NCBI RefSeq assembly: GCF_046119375.1
Contig: NW_027362764.1
Span: 428,668,001 to 428,732,000, forward strand
Length of the DNA stretch: 64,000 nucleotides
Direction of reading: 5' to 3'
Source of the DNA: Phyllobates terribilis
Lineage: Eukaryota
The notes under the pieces were generated by a model. That model was not told the DNA's origin and did not search any database. It saw only the letters and a list, made by a program, of their open reading frames with translations. Positions within the stretch are counted from its first letter, which is position 1, and each line of letters begins with the position of its first letter. Of the stretch, positions 49,208 to 61,277 are shown piece after piece. The translations under genes were made by a program, and so were the position numbers.

Positions 49208-50139
49208 GACCTCTCCGGGCAGGAACGGATCCGGTGCTCCTTACTGCCACAGTAGAAGCAGCTCCACTAGGCTCGGCGTAACTCTTGACGGGTCTTGACC
49301 ATCTTGGTCTGGTCGACCTGCATAGGCTCGGGTGAGTGCGCCTGGGGAGTAACGAGAGAAGTGACGGGCTTCTGGAAGGTAGGGGCTAGACGTGGAAACC
49401 TCCTCTCACGGGTGACCTCTTTGGCGCGCTCCTGGAACCGGATGTCTATCCGGGTGGCAAGAGTTATTAAGTCGTCGAGAGTGGTAGGAATGTCCCGACC
49501 AGCGAGTTCATATTTAATACGGCCGGACAGACCCTCCCAAAAGACAGACACCAGGGCGTCGTTATCCCAGGCCAGCTCCGAAGCAAGGGTACGGAACCAT
49601 ATGGCATATTGGCCCACGGTGAGATTTCCTTGACGGAGGCGTAGCAGAGATGTTGCGGATGAGGTCTTCCGTCCTGGTTCGTTGAAGACTTTCCGGAAAG
49701 CCGTGAGAAAGGCTGGCAGGTTGGACACCAGGGGGTCTCCTCTCTCCCATAGAGGATTTAGCCCAGCCAGTGCCTCTCCCGTGAGGTGGGACATGATGAA
49801 GGCTACTTTGGCTCGGTTGGTGGAAAACTGGTGTGCCAACAGTTCGAAGTGCAGAGTGCACTGGTTAATGAAGCCCCGTGCCTGGCTGGGATGTCCGCCA
49901 AAACGAGGAGGAGCGGAGAGGCGGGGACCGGGAAGAGATGCCATGGTGCTGATGGGCTGCGGCGGTGCCGGGGTAGTAAGTGTGCGTGTGGAGGCAGCTC
50001 CCGAAGAGGTAGACAATGTGTCCAGGCGGGAGTTAACACTACGCAGAGGACTCAGGATGGACTCCTGTTGGGACCTCTGACGGGAAAGTTCATGACACAA
50101 GTCCGAGAGCGAGGGAGCTTGGGTGCCACCGGGTTCCAT
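49162..50139 (-). pseudogene. gag: gag with a premature TAG (49267-49269) just before the CCHC knuckle
   Basis: 290-aa ORF with PPRFGG..AKVAFIMSHL..LRLRQG..VFWEGL. The same frame continues WSCFYCGSKEHRIRSC (CX2CX4HX4C) after the stop. Confidence 0.92.
49201..49207 (-). promoter_or_regulatory. -1 ribosomal frameshift slippery heptamer G GGA AAC
   Basis: Correctly phased in the gag frame after the CCHC. The -1 frame leads into [13 protein letters not shown]. Same heptamer as PEG10. Confidence 0.75.
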
Positions 50140-50140
50140 G

Positions 50141-50150
50141 GCCCGAGCAA
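50141..50150 (-). promoter_or_regulatory. Self-priming PBS TTGCTCGGGC
   Basis: 2 nt after the 5' LTR; complementary to GCCCGAGCAA (51329-51320), which starts 30 nt after TATATAA (51359). Confidence 0.8.
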
Positions 50151-50152
50151 AC

Positions 50153-51573
50153 TGTAACGGGTCTGGGAGGTGGAACCTCTGAGCAACGATACAAAGGGGC
50201 AGTCCTTGTAAGGAAGCGGGTGGCTCCCAGGGTAGGCGGGCAGGTAGTCACGGCAAGTGACGGGGACAGTCTCTGGGTAGAAGGGCAGGAGGTCACGGCA
50301 AGTGACGGGGACAGTCTCTGGGTAGAAGGGCAGGAGGTCACGGCAAGTGACGGGGACAGTCTCTTGACAGGCGGGTGGTCACGGCAAGTGACGGCTAAGC
50401 CTCCAGATAGGCTAGCAGGCGGGTAGCAGGTGGGCGCTCCCAGGTGAGCGGGCAAGAGTCTCTGGACAGGCAGGTGGCCACAGCAAGTGACGGCAGAGCC
50501 TCCAGGTAGGCTAGCAGGCAGGTAGCAGGCGGATGCTCCCAGGTGAGCGGGTAAGAGTCTCTGGACAGGCAGGTGGTCACAGCACGTGACGGCAGAGCCT
50601 CCAGGTAGGCTAGCAGGCAGGTAGCAGGCGGACGCTCCCAGGTGAGCAGGTAAGATTCTCTGGACAGGCAGGTGATCACAGCACATGACGGCAGAGACTC
50701 CAGGTAGGCTAGCAGGCAGGTAGCAGGCGGACGCTCCCAGGTGAGCGGGTAAGAGTCTCTGGACAGGCAGGTGGTCACAGCACGTGACGGCAGAGCCTCC
50801 AGGTAGGCTAGCAGGCAGGTAGCAGACGGATGCTCCCAGGTGAGCGGGTAAGAGTCTCTGGACAGGCAGGTGGTCACAGCACGTGACGGCAGAGCCTCCA
50901 GGTAGGCTAGCAGGCAGGTAGCAGGCGGACGCTCCCAGGTGAGCGGGTAAGAGTCTCTGGACAGGCAGGTGGTCACAGCACGTGACGGCAGAGCCTCCAG
51001 GTAGGCTAGCAGGCAGGTAGCAGGCGGATGCTCCCAGGTGAGCGGGTAAGAGTCTCTGGACAGGCAGGTGGTCACAGCACGTGACGGCAGAGCCTCCAGG
51101 TAGGCTAGCAGGCAGGTAGCAGATGAGCGCTCCCAAGTGAGCGGACAATCAGATCCATAGACAGACTGGCAGGGCTGGTAGGCAGACTGTCGGACCACAG
51201 GAATGCAAGTAGATAGACAAGTATCAGGCAGGTATCAAGCAGGAATCTGGCAGGTAACTGGCAGGTATCTGGTAACGGGATCTGAGGGCTGAAGCAGAGT
51301 GATAGGCTATGCAACAACATTGCTCGGGCACCTCCATTTTGGAGGAGGTGCCTTATATATGGTGAGGTCCACCGGCCATTGGCCGGGGACTCCTTAGGAC
51401 GGCGCGCGCGGCCCCTTTAAGAGAGGGGGAGCACGCGCGCGCGCACCCTAAGCACAGTGGCTGGGAAGCAGCGCGCGCTGCCAGCAGAGCGGGAGGAAGA
51501 CGCCGGGCACGGAGCGGAGAGGTGAGGGGAACAGCGTCCCAGCCTAGCAGGAGGCAGGGACGCCGACGCTACA
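50153..51573 (-). repeat. 5' LTR (1421 bp) with ~7.5 copies of a 99-bp unit
   Basis: CGGCAGAGCC recurs every 99 bp (50491, 50590, ...). Confidence 0.95.
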
Positions 51574-52774
51574 AGGAGTGGCAAAATCTACAGTTTGGTA
51601 CAGCCTGAGAAAGAAAGAAAGCACTGGTGAACTCATCAATGCAAAAAGACCTGAGCGCACACAGAAGACAACAGTGGTGGATGATCACAGAATCATCTCC
51701 ATGGTGAAGAGAAACCCCTTCACAACAGCCAACTAAGTGAACAACACTCTCCAGGAGGTAGGCGTATCAATATCCAAATCTACCATAAAGAGAAGACTGC
51801 ATGAAAGTAAATACAGATAGTTCACTGCATGGTGCAAGCCACTCATAAGCATCAAGAATAAAATGGCAAGACTGGACTTTGCTAAAAAACATCTAAAAAA
51901 GCCAGCACAGTTCTGGAAGAACATTCTTTGGACAGATGAAACCAAGATCAACCTCTACCTGAATGATGGAAAGAGAAAAGTATGGCGAAGGTGTGCTACA
52001 GCTCATGATCCAAAGCATACCACATCATCTGTAAAACACGGCGGAGGCAGTGTGATGGCTTGGGCATGCATGGCTGCCAGTGGCACTGGGTCACTAGTGT
52101 TTATTGATGATGTGACACAGGACAGAAGCAGCCGAATGAATTCTGATGTATTCAGAGCCATACTGTGTGCTCCGATCCAGCCAAATGCAGCCAAACTGAT
52201 TTGTCATCGTTTCATTTTACAGATGGACAATGACCCAAAACATAAAGCCAAAGCAACCCAGGAGTTTATTAAAGCAAAGAAGTGGAATATTCTTGAATGG
52301 CCAAGTCAGTCACCTGATCTCAACCCAATTGAGCATGCATTTCACTTGTTAAAGACTAAACTTCAGACAGAAAGGCCCACAAACAAACAGCAACTGAAAA
52401 CCACCGCAGTGAAGGCCTGGCAGAGCATCAAAAAGGAGGAAACACAGCATCTGGTGATGTCCATGAGTTCAACACTTCAGGCAGTCATTGCCAACAAAGG
52501 GTTTTCAACCAAGTACTAGAAATGAACATTTTATTTACAATTACTTAATCTGTCCAATTACTTTTGGTCCCTTTAAAAACAGGGTGGCACATGTTAAGGA
52601 GCTGAAACCTAAACCCTTCATCCAATTTTAATGTGGATACCCTCAAATGAAAGCTGAAAGTCTGAACTTCAACTGCATCTGAATTGTTTTGTTTAAAATT
52701 CATTGTGGTAATATCTAGAACCAAAATTAGAAAAATGTTGTCTCTGTCCAAATATATATGGACCTAACTGTATA

Positions 52775-53001
52775 CAGTACAGACCAAAAGTTTGGACACA
52801 CCTTCTCATTTAAAGATTTTTCTGTATTTTCATGACTTTGAAAATTGTACATTCACACTGAAGGCATCAAAACTATGAATTAACACATGTGGAATTATAT
52901 ACTTAACAAAAATGTGTGAAACAACTGAAAATATGTCTTATATTCTTGGTTCTTCAAAGTAGCCACCTTTTGCTTTGATGACTGAATACTTTCACAATGC
53001 A

Positions 53002-53004
<3 letters not shown>
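52775..53004 (+). mobile_element. Left end of the DD38E element fused to the right TIR tip of another Tc1 family
   Basis: 52775-52984 matches 5650-5858, then TGAATACTTTCACAATGCACTG-TA resembles the TIR family at 23149. Confidence 0.75.
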
Positions 53005-53044
<40 letters not shown>

Positions 53045-53519
53045 ACATAGTCTCCTCTCATTATGTATATTGCTGTCCCTTTTACACATTGCCCTCTCTT
53101 GTTATGTCCAGCACCATTTCTTACATATCAGATTCTCATTATTTTTGTTATTTGTAGCACCCTGTTCTTTATTACATAGTGTCCTCTCTTGTTAGATATA
53201 AACTAAAATAACTGCTGATGGAGTATGGTAAAGCTTCTTTTCTGATGGAGGAGTCTGATGGACTGACCTTCTGGTCAGATGCTGTTCTACCAGCAGTCAT
53301 TTTATTTTATATCTAACAAGAGAGAACTCTATGTAATAAAGAGAGGGCGATTTGAATAACAAAAATAATGAGAATTCGCTATGTAGGGGATGTTGCTATA
53401 TATAACAAGGCATTACTATGTAATAATGGGACAGCACTGTACATTACAGAAGACGCTACATAATAAGGGACCACTCCATACATAGCTAGAGAGGATGATA
53501 TATAATAAAGGATGCCCCT

Positions 53520-53830
53520 TCCAGTAATAATGTCCCCATACTGGGCCACTTCCAGGGATAATGTCTCCCAACCTGGCCTCCTGCTTGGTATAATGTCCCC
53601 CATCCTGGTTAACTTCCAGGTATAATGTCCCCCATCCTGATGTAGTGTCCCTCACTGTGGTATAATGTACCTTATCCAGGTATATATGTTCCCAATCCTG
53701 GTAAACATGTCCCCTATCCTGTTATACATGTCCCCCATGCTGGTATACATGTCCCCCATCTCATATACACGTCACTCATCCTGGCATATATGTGCCCCAT
53801 CCAGTTATAAATGTGCCCGATCCTGCTATA
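53520..53830. repeat. Degenerate ~20-bp minisatellite
   Basis: Repeated ATAATGTCCCCATCCTGG-like units. Confidence 0.55.
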
Positions 53831-53858
53831 ATGGGCCCTATCCTTGTATAAAGTGCCA

Positions 53859-54799
53859 TGTGAAGACATTGGGGTCTCCTGTTGGTTATACTACTCAGCC
53901 AACATAGGCTGTGGGTAAAACAGTGTGGCAATAATTTATTGAACCACCAAACAGACAATAACATATAGAACAGTCCCAGCAAATACACAAGATGCAAAAT
54001 TACAAAGTCTCACACTTCCGCTGACTCTCCAGGATTAGAGCAGCTGTGACTCCGGAGCTTCCAGGGCCAACTACCCCCACCAGTGGCAACCCGCTTTTGC
54101 CAGGCACCCACAAAGAGGAGGTAATGACAAGCTTAGGAAGCTGACAATCGATTAAGGCACATGGCCAGGTGACCGAATGGTCCCAACCTGGCTTCTCCGA
54201 GTTTTTCCATGGGTGCCAGGTGACCGGAGGGTCCCAACCTGGCTACCCCAAATATATCCATGTGACCAGGTGACCAGAGTGGTACAATCCTGGCTTCCCC
54301 AAATGTCTCCGTATGGTCAGTGATGGTCAATGGAGCAAATCTGTGTTCTTCAAGCTGTTGCCGTGGTCCCCTAAGCTGACATCATGTTGAGTCAAATCTG
54401 TGTCCCTCTTGATGGAGCCATGTGTCCTAGCTGCTGTTCTGAAGAGTCTTTCTCTCAGAAAGATAGGGATCCTTTTTATATCCACATCTGTGGTTCATGT
54501 CATCATGCACAGGTCAGGGGGCAGGTGGGATGAGTTTAACTCTCATTGTTTGAGTATTTAATCAATCTACCTATAGTTTGTCATCCCCTGTTTAACTAGC
54601 TGGCCTGATACATTATGTAATCAGTATATTAGCAAACATCATTGTTCGATGACAATGCATCCCTGTCCTCCAGAGATAACAGACAATATTTTACAACAAA
54701 CATCAACTCAAGTGTCAACATTCAGACAATATGACAATGTCTCCTGACCTACTGAAAATAAATGTCTGGATAATTAAGATTAAATGCTTTATCATAACA
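53859..54799 (-). mobile_element. Probable solo LTR
   Basis: TGTGAAGAC...ATCATAACA ends; flanks TGCCA / TGCCC (4/5 TSD match); minus-strand AATAAA at ~53936. Confidence 0.5.
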
Positions 54800-54818
54800 T
54801 GCCCCATTGAGGCATATA

Positions 54819-56181
54819 CAAGTGCTTCTCACTAAATTAGAATATCATCAAAAAGTTAATTTATTTCAGTTCTTCAAAACAAAAACTGAAACTCATATAT
54901 TATATAGACTCAATACAAACAGAGTGATCTACTTCAAGTGTTTATTTCTGTTAATGTTTTTTACAGCCAATGAAAACACAAAAGTCATTATCTCAGTAAA
55001 TTAGAATAATTAACAAAAAACACCTGAAAAAGCTTCCAATGCGTTTAAGAAGGTCCCTTAGTCTGTTTCAGTAGGCTCCACAATCATGGGGAAGACTGCG
55101 GACTTGACAGATGTCCAGAAGGCAGTCATTGATGCACTCAACAAGGAGGGTAAGCAACAAAAGGTCATTGCTAACGAAGCTGGCTGTTCACAGAGTGCTG
55201 TATACAAGCAAATTAATGGAAAGTTGAATGGAAGGAAAACTGCAGCCTTGAAAGGATAGTTAAAAAAAAGGCCATTCAAAAATTTGGGGGAGATTCACAA
55301 GGAGTGGATTGCAGCTGGAGTAATTTCTTCAAGAGACACCACACACAGACGTATCCAGGACATGGACTACAAGTGTCGCATTCCTTGTGTCAAGCCACTC
55401 ATGACCAATAGACAACGCCAGATGCGTCTTACCTGGGCCAAGGAGAAAAAGACCTGGACTGTTGCTCAGTGGTCCAAGGTGTTGTTTTCAGATGAAAGTA
55501 AATTTTGAATTTCATTTGGAAATCAAGGTCCCAGAGTCTGGAGGAAGAGTGGAGAGGAACACAATCCAAGCTGCTTGAGGTCTAGTGTGAAGTTTCCAAA
55601 ATCATTGATAGTTGGGGGAGTCATGTCATCTGCTGGTGTAGGTCCACTGTGTTTTATCAAGACCAAAGTCAGCGCAGCCATCTACCAGGAAATTTTAGAG
55701 CACTTCATGCTTCCCTCTGCCGACAAGCGTTTCGAAGATGGAAATTTCATTCTCCAGCAGGACTTGGCACCTTTCCACACTGCCAGAAAGTACCAATACC
55801 TGGTTTAAAAACAACAGTATCATTGTGCCTGATTGGCCAGTAAACTCGCCTGACCTTAACCCCATACAGAATCTATGGGGTATTGTCAAGAGGAAGATGA
55901 TAGACACCAGACCCAACAATGCAGACGAGCTGAAGACTGCTATCAAAGCAACTTGGACTTCCATAACAACTTAGCAGTGCCACAGGCTGATTGCCTCCAT
56001 GCCACACCGCACTGATGCAGTAATTGATGCAAAAGGGGCCCTGACCAAGCATTGAGTGCATTTACTGAATGTAAATTTCACTAGGCCAACATTTCGGATT
56101 TTAAAAACATTTTTCAAGCTGTTGTTATAAAGTATTCTAATTTACTGAGATAATGACTTTTGTGTTTTCATTGGCTGTAAG
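54819..56181 (+). mobile_element. Degraded Tc1 element whose right TIR is cut by a hAT insertion
   Basis: Left TIR TA-CAAGTGCTTCTCACTAAATTAGAATATC; the partial right TIR ATTCTAATTTACTGAGATAATGAC...GGCTGTAA stops at the hAT end. Confidence 0.8.
55086..56055 (+). pseudogene. Tc1 transposase pseudogene
   Basis: MGKTADLTDVQKAVID, VLFSDESKF and QQDLAP..NSPDLNPIQN (catalytic E replaced by Q); deletion, frameshifts and stops. Confidence 0.85.
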
Positions 56182-56889
56182 TAGTGTTGAGCGAACATGC
56201 TCGACACTGCTCGGTACTCGCCCGAGCATAGAATTAGAATTATAGAATGTTGGAGTTGGAGGGGACCTCCGGGGTCATCGTGTCCAAGATGTTCGGCGAG
56301 CACCGAGCATTTCCGGGTTACTCGGGCGGGAGCTCGGGTCTCCGCCCTGCATGTTTGGCACTCTTTACAGAGCCAATGAACATGCAGGGATTGCCAGCCA
56401 GTCACTGTAATGCTGCAGCCATGTTGGTTGTGGGCATTACAGTGATTGGCTGGCCGCACAGCGTCACCTCGAGTATTTAAAACCGGGCGCCGCCATCTTG
56501 GACACAGTCGCTCCGGATTAGACAGTGTAGGGACAGCGCTGCTGATTTAGGGAGAGATATAAACTGCGAAATAGTTAGTGTAGGGTCTGTAAAGGCTGCC
56601 AGAACAAACAAACAGTCCTTTTCAGTACTAATATCCATCCCAGATACCAGGCAGGCAGGCTGTATAGGAGACACAGTGGTTATACCAGCAAACGCTGCAT
56701 TACAGTCCTGTGTGCTCCTGTTGCTCAAATTGCTGGACTTAGCACCAGGTGTCGGGGGCCAGGAAAAATCCTTTTTTTTCCATCTAAATCCTCCTTTTTT
56801 TTTCCTCCTTCACACTGTACAAATACCCGTCTTATTAACCTTTTGGTGTGTCCCCCCTCCCCCCCCCAAAAAAAAAAACGTGTCTCTGA

Positions 56890-57720
56890 TTTTTCAGACA
56901 CAAATATAACTGTTGAAAATAGTCTGGTGTAGGCTAGAGAAACAGAAGTGTTGTTTTGCACTTCCACAGTTCAAACCTGTGTATTATCCATTTTGTGCCA
57001 TTTGTATCTAAAAAAAAAAACAGTTTGAGTGTGTCGCTCACTGTTCAGCCGCAAATATCTCTATTTAAAAAAGTGTGGTATACCCCAGTAAACAATAACT
57101 GTGGTTTTGCCATCCCACGGTAAAAAATCTCTATTATTCAGCTTTTGGTAGTTTTTTACGTAAAGAAAAACAGTAGTGTCTCCTGACTGTTGTGACACAA
57201 AAATGTATCTGTTGAAAATAGTCTTGTGTAGGCCCGACATCCCAGTGTGGTTTCGCAGTTCCACGGGTCAAATCGCTGTACTATCCAGTTTTGGGCCTTT
57301 GGTATCTAAAAAAAAAGCAGTTTGAGTGTGTCGCTCGCTGTTCAGCCGCAAATATCTCTATTTAAAAAAGTGTGGTATACTCCAGTAAACAATAACTGTG
57401 GTTTTGCCATCCCACGGTAAAAAATCTCTATTATTCAGCTTTTGGTAGTTTTTTCGTAAAGAAAAACAGTAGTGTCTCCTGACTGTTGTGACACAAAAAT
57501 ATATCTGTTGAAAATAGTCTTGTGTAGACTCGACATCCCTGTGTGGTTTCGCAGTTCCACGGGTCAAATCGCTGTACTATCCAGTTTTGGGCCTTTGGTA
57601 TCTAAAAAAAAAGCAGTTTGAGTGTGTAGTTCACTGTTCAGCCGCAAATATCTCTATTTAAAAAAATGTGGTATACCCCAGTAAACAATAACTGTGGTTT
57701 TCCTCTTCCACGGTTCTAAT
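56890..57720. repeat. ~298-bp tandem repeat x~3 upstream of the hAT transposase
   Basis: GTATCTAAAAAAAA recurs at ~57004, 57302 and 57599. Confidence 0.9.
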
Positions 57721-57782
57721 CTACTCTTTATTACCCTTTTTCCATTGATAGTGCAAGTGTAAGCTATTTTACTTCACTTACA

Positions 57783-60700
57783 ATGGGCAAGGCGCGTGGC
57801 AAGGGACGTGGAAGTGGACGTTCTGGTGATGGTTCGTGCAGAGGACGGGGCCGTGGCCAAGGCGAAAATGTGCCACAACCAACAGCCACATCTTCTCGCT
57901 CCCACTTCTTTACCGAATTACTAGGGAAGCACAGAACAACACCAGTATTGAGAACTGATCAGTGTGAACAGGTTATTAATTGGATATCAGACAATACTTC
58001 CAGTTACCTGGGCACCACCACCTCCGGTCTGTCTTCCACACGGTCAACTCTTAGTAGCCGTGAGTCTCGACCGCATACTCCTCCTCACCCTGATGCTCCT
58101 TCCTCCCACCATGCCGAGTGTCATCAGACAGCAAGTGATCCCACACTTGGACACTCTGAAGAGCTGTTCACTGGTCCATTTCCATATTTGGGCCCCTCGT
58201 CTGATACGCTTGAAGTGGTGGAAGAGGAGATCCCATGTTGCGATGCCCAAATATTTGAACAGCCATGGCCACAGGAAGTCGATGTTGGCAATCTGTCACA
58301 AGAGGTGGACGATGACGAGACACAATTGCCAGGAAGTGAGGAGGAGGATCGTGGTGCGCAAGTGGAAGAGGAGGAGGTGGTGGATGATCTAGTAACTGAC
58401 CGAACGTGGAAGGAGGACATGCAGAGTGAGGCCAGCAGCACACAGGGAGAGGGAGGCAGAGTACCACAACAGGCAGGAAGAAGCAGTGTGGTGGCCACAG
58501 ACAGAAGGCAGGCAACCGTTCCCCGTAACACCAACATGAGGGACGTTGCCAGTACAAGCGGTAGGTCTTCCAGAGTCTGGAATTTTTTCAAAGACTCTGC
58601 TGATAACCCCAATAAGGCCATATGTTCCACCTGCCATGCCAGCATCAGCAGGGGTGACAAAACTACCAGCCTGACCACCACCAGCATGATCAGGCACATG
58701 GCAGCAAAGCACCCGACTTTGTGGAGCGAAGCCCAAGGTCCACGACCAGCGTCAGCGGGTGTCACCACTGCTTCTTTCACTGTTGTGCGTGCAATAGAAC
58801 CCCCTGTTGTGTATGCAAGGCAATCCCCTGTCCATACTGCATGTAAAGATGCCCCCTCATCTCAGTCTTCACTTGTTATGGCAGTTTCTCAAGAAACAGC
58901 ATCAACGTCCACGTCCACGTCCCACCGCAGCGTTCTATTGTCCATATCCCAGACCTTTGAACGAAAGCGGAAATATGCAGCTAACGCCCCACAGGCCACA
59001 GTCCTAAAATCGCACATTTCACGACTGCTTGAATTGGAAATGCTGCCTTTTAGGCTGGTGGAGACGGAATCCTTCCGCAATCTTATGGCGGTGGCCATCC
59101 CTCGGTACTCGGTCCCCAGCCGTTACTATTTTACCCGGTGTGCCATCCCCGCACTACACAAGCACGTGTCCCAAAGCATCTGCCGTGCCCTCAACAACGC
59201 AGTTACTGGGAGAGTCCACCTGACAACGGACACGTGGACAAGTGCTTGTGGCCAGGGACGGTACATCTCTCTGACGGCACACTGGGTAAACATGGTGGAA
59301 GCCGGGACCCAGTTGGACCTTGGGACGGAACACATCCACCCCACACCGAGGATTGCAGGCCCTATGTCAGTCAGAGTTGCCCCCACAGTGTACAGCTCCT
59401 GCCCATCCTCCTCCTCCTCCTCCTCATGTTCAGCCTCCATCTCAGATATCACCACATCAGTTACAAGCTGGAAGCATTGCAGTACTGCCTCCGCCAAGCG
59501 GCAACAGGCTGTGCTGAAACTCATAAGCTTAGGTGATAAACCTCACACTGCTTGTGAGTTGTGGACAGCTGTGAAAGAGCAGGCAGATCTGTGGCTGAGA
59601 CCGCTGAACCTACATCCCGGCATGGTCGTGTATGACAATGGCAGTAACCTGGTGGCGGCTCTGAGGCGAGGTGAGATCACACACGTACCATGCCTGGCTC
59701 ATGTGCTTAACCTCGTGGTTCAGCGGTTTCTTAAATCGTACCCCGAGTTGCCAGATCTGCTCGTGAAAGTACGCCGCCTGTCAGCTCATTTTCGCTAGTC
59801 GGCTACAGCTTCCGCCGCCCTTGCTGTGTTGCAGCAGCGTTTGCAGCTTCCGGTACACCGACTGGAGTGTGATGTCCCCACACGTTGGAACTCTACCCTC
59901 CACATGTTGCAAAGGATTTGTGAGCAGAAGAGAGCAGTTGTGGAGTACCAGCTGCAACAGGGCCGTCGATATTCAGGTCAGACTCCACACATAAGACCTC
60001 AGGAGTGGACCTGGATGTCTGACATATGAACCATCCTGACAAACTTTGAGGAGGCCACCAAGATGGTGAGTGGCGATGACGCCATCATTAGTGTCAGCAT
60101 CCCACATGTCTGTCTTTTGCAATGCTCTCTGCAGAGAATTAAAGAGGAGGCATTGCAGCCAGAGTATGATGAGATGGATCAAGAAAAAGTAGCAGGCGAT
60201 TACACACAGCCCAGCCTCATCTCATCCCAACGTGCATTGGGGGACAATGAGGGAGAGGAGGAGGAGGAAGAACAGGAGCTGCTATCATGCGTTGTAGACG
60301 GTAGTACCTGTACAAGTGTCATACCGACGGTTCAGCGTGGGTGGCCTGAGGACAGGGGGAGGAGGAAGAGGAGGAGGAGGAGGAGGAGGAGAGCATGGTC
60401 AGTCGTCATCTTGGTGAGGACACGGAAATCTTGCCCATTACCAGTCTGGCACGCATGGCTGACTTTATGTTACGCTGCCTTAACCGTGACCCTCGCGTTG
60501 TCAAAATATTGGGTGACAGTCATTACTGGTTGGTGACACTTGTAGACCCCGGCTACAAGGACAACTTTCACTCTCTTATTCCTGAGGTGGAAAGGTCTAC
60601 AAAAATGGGGCAATACCAGAAGGCCAGTGCTGCAGAACTCTTAAAAAAATTCCCATCTGAACAAGCTAGCGGCAGAGGTCACAATTCGTACAGGCGAGAG

Positions 60701-61131
60701 AGATGCAACTCCAATCCAGCAGAGGCAGGGGAACACTGTCAATGTTCTGGGACAGTTTTCTGACACCCGCCCAGCTTACAGGCCCTGAGGCGCGGGGTAC
60801 TCACACAAGGAGTGGAAAGTTTCAAAAGATGGTGAGGGAGTACCTTGCCGATCGTACCAGCGTCCTCCGCGATTCCTCTGTGCCTTTTAATTATTGGGTA
60901 TCCAAGCTGGACACTTGGAATGAACTCGCTCTGTACGCCTTGGAGGTCCTGGCCTGCCGTGCTGCTAGCGTGTTATCGGAGCGTGTTTTTAGTGCCGCTG
61001 GGGGAATTATAACTGATAAGCGCACTAGCCTGTCAACTGACAATGCTGACAAGCTGACCCTTATCAACATGAACAAGGGCTGGATTGGGCCAGACTTCTC
61101 ATCACCACCAAATGACAGCAGAGTAACATAA
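57783..61131 (+). pseudogene. hAT transposase pseudogene with BED zinc finger and C-terminal dimerization domain
   Basis: BED motif VWNFF..AICSTC..MIRHMAAKH; HLTTDTWTS; VYDNGSNL..CLAHVLNL; DVPTRWNS; SERVFSAAG. Stops at 59796-59798 and 60027-60029, and frameshifts at ~60370 and ~60700. Confidence 0.92.
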
Positions 61132-61277
61132 AGTCAAATCCACTGTGTTATTTCGGGAGGTGTATTCACATGCACCGCTTCACACCCACACATGGGTATA
61201 CGCTTCCTCGTTTCGGCTGTTTAATCTTTTTCTCCTTATCCTCAGCCTCCACCACCACTATACCACCAGGGTGCCAG

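Larger units (their letters stand above)
45148..51573 (-). mobile_element. Sushi/Tf1-group chromoviral Gypsy retrotransposon, full-length but defective
   Basis: TG...CA ends with TSD AGGAG (45143-45147 / 51574-51578). 5' LTR 50153-51573, 3' LTR 45148-45939, PPT AAAGGGGGGGTAC. Domain order gag-PR-RT-RH-IN-chromo. Confidence 0.97.
45051..52519 (+). pseudogene. Tc1 transposase pseudogene split in two (45051-45147 and 51579-52519)
   Basis: MRSKELSMQVKQ..., LWTDETKINL and MDNDPKH...SPDLNPIEH (34 spacing); in-frame stops near 51733 and 51818. Confidence 0.9.
44694..52770 (+). mobile_element. DD34E Tc1 element interrupted by a Gypsy insertion
   Basis: ~225-bp TIRs CAGTTAGGTCCAT...; TA flanks. The transposase reads ...IATILG|VAKSTVW across the insert. 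Confidence 0.92.

Noticed and set aside
50090-51148. 352-aa Cys-rich ORF (and overlapping 267-aa ORF) in the 5' LTR
   Set aside because: It is the translation of the 99-bp tandem repeat. Two frames are open, and the array is mostly absent from the 3' LTR, so there is no evidence of a real protein.
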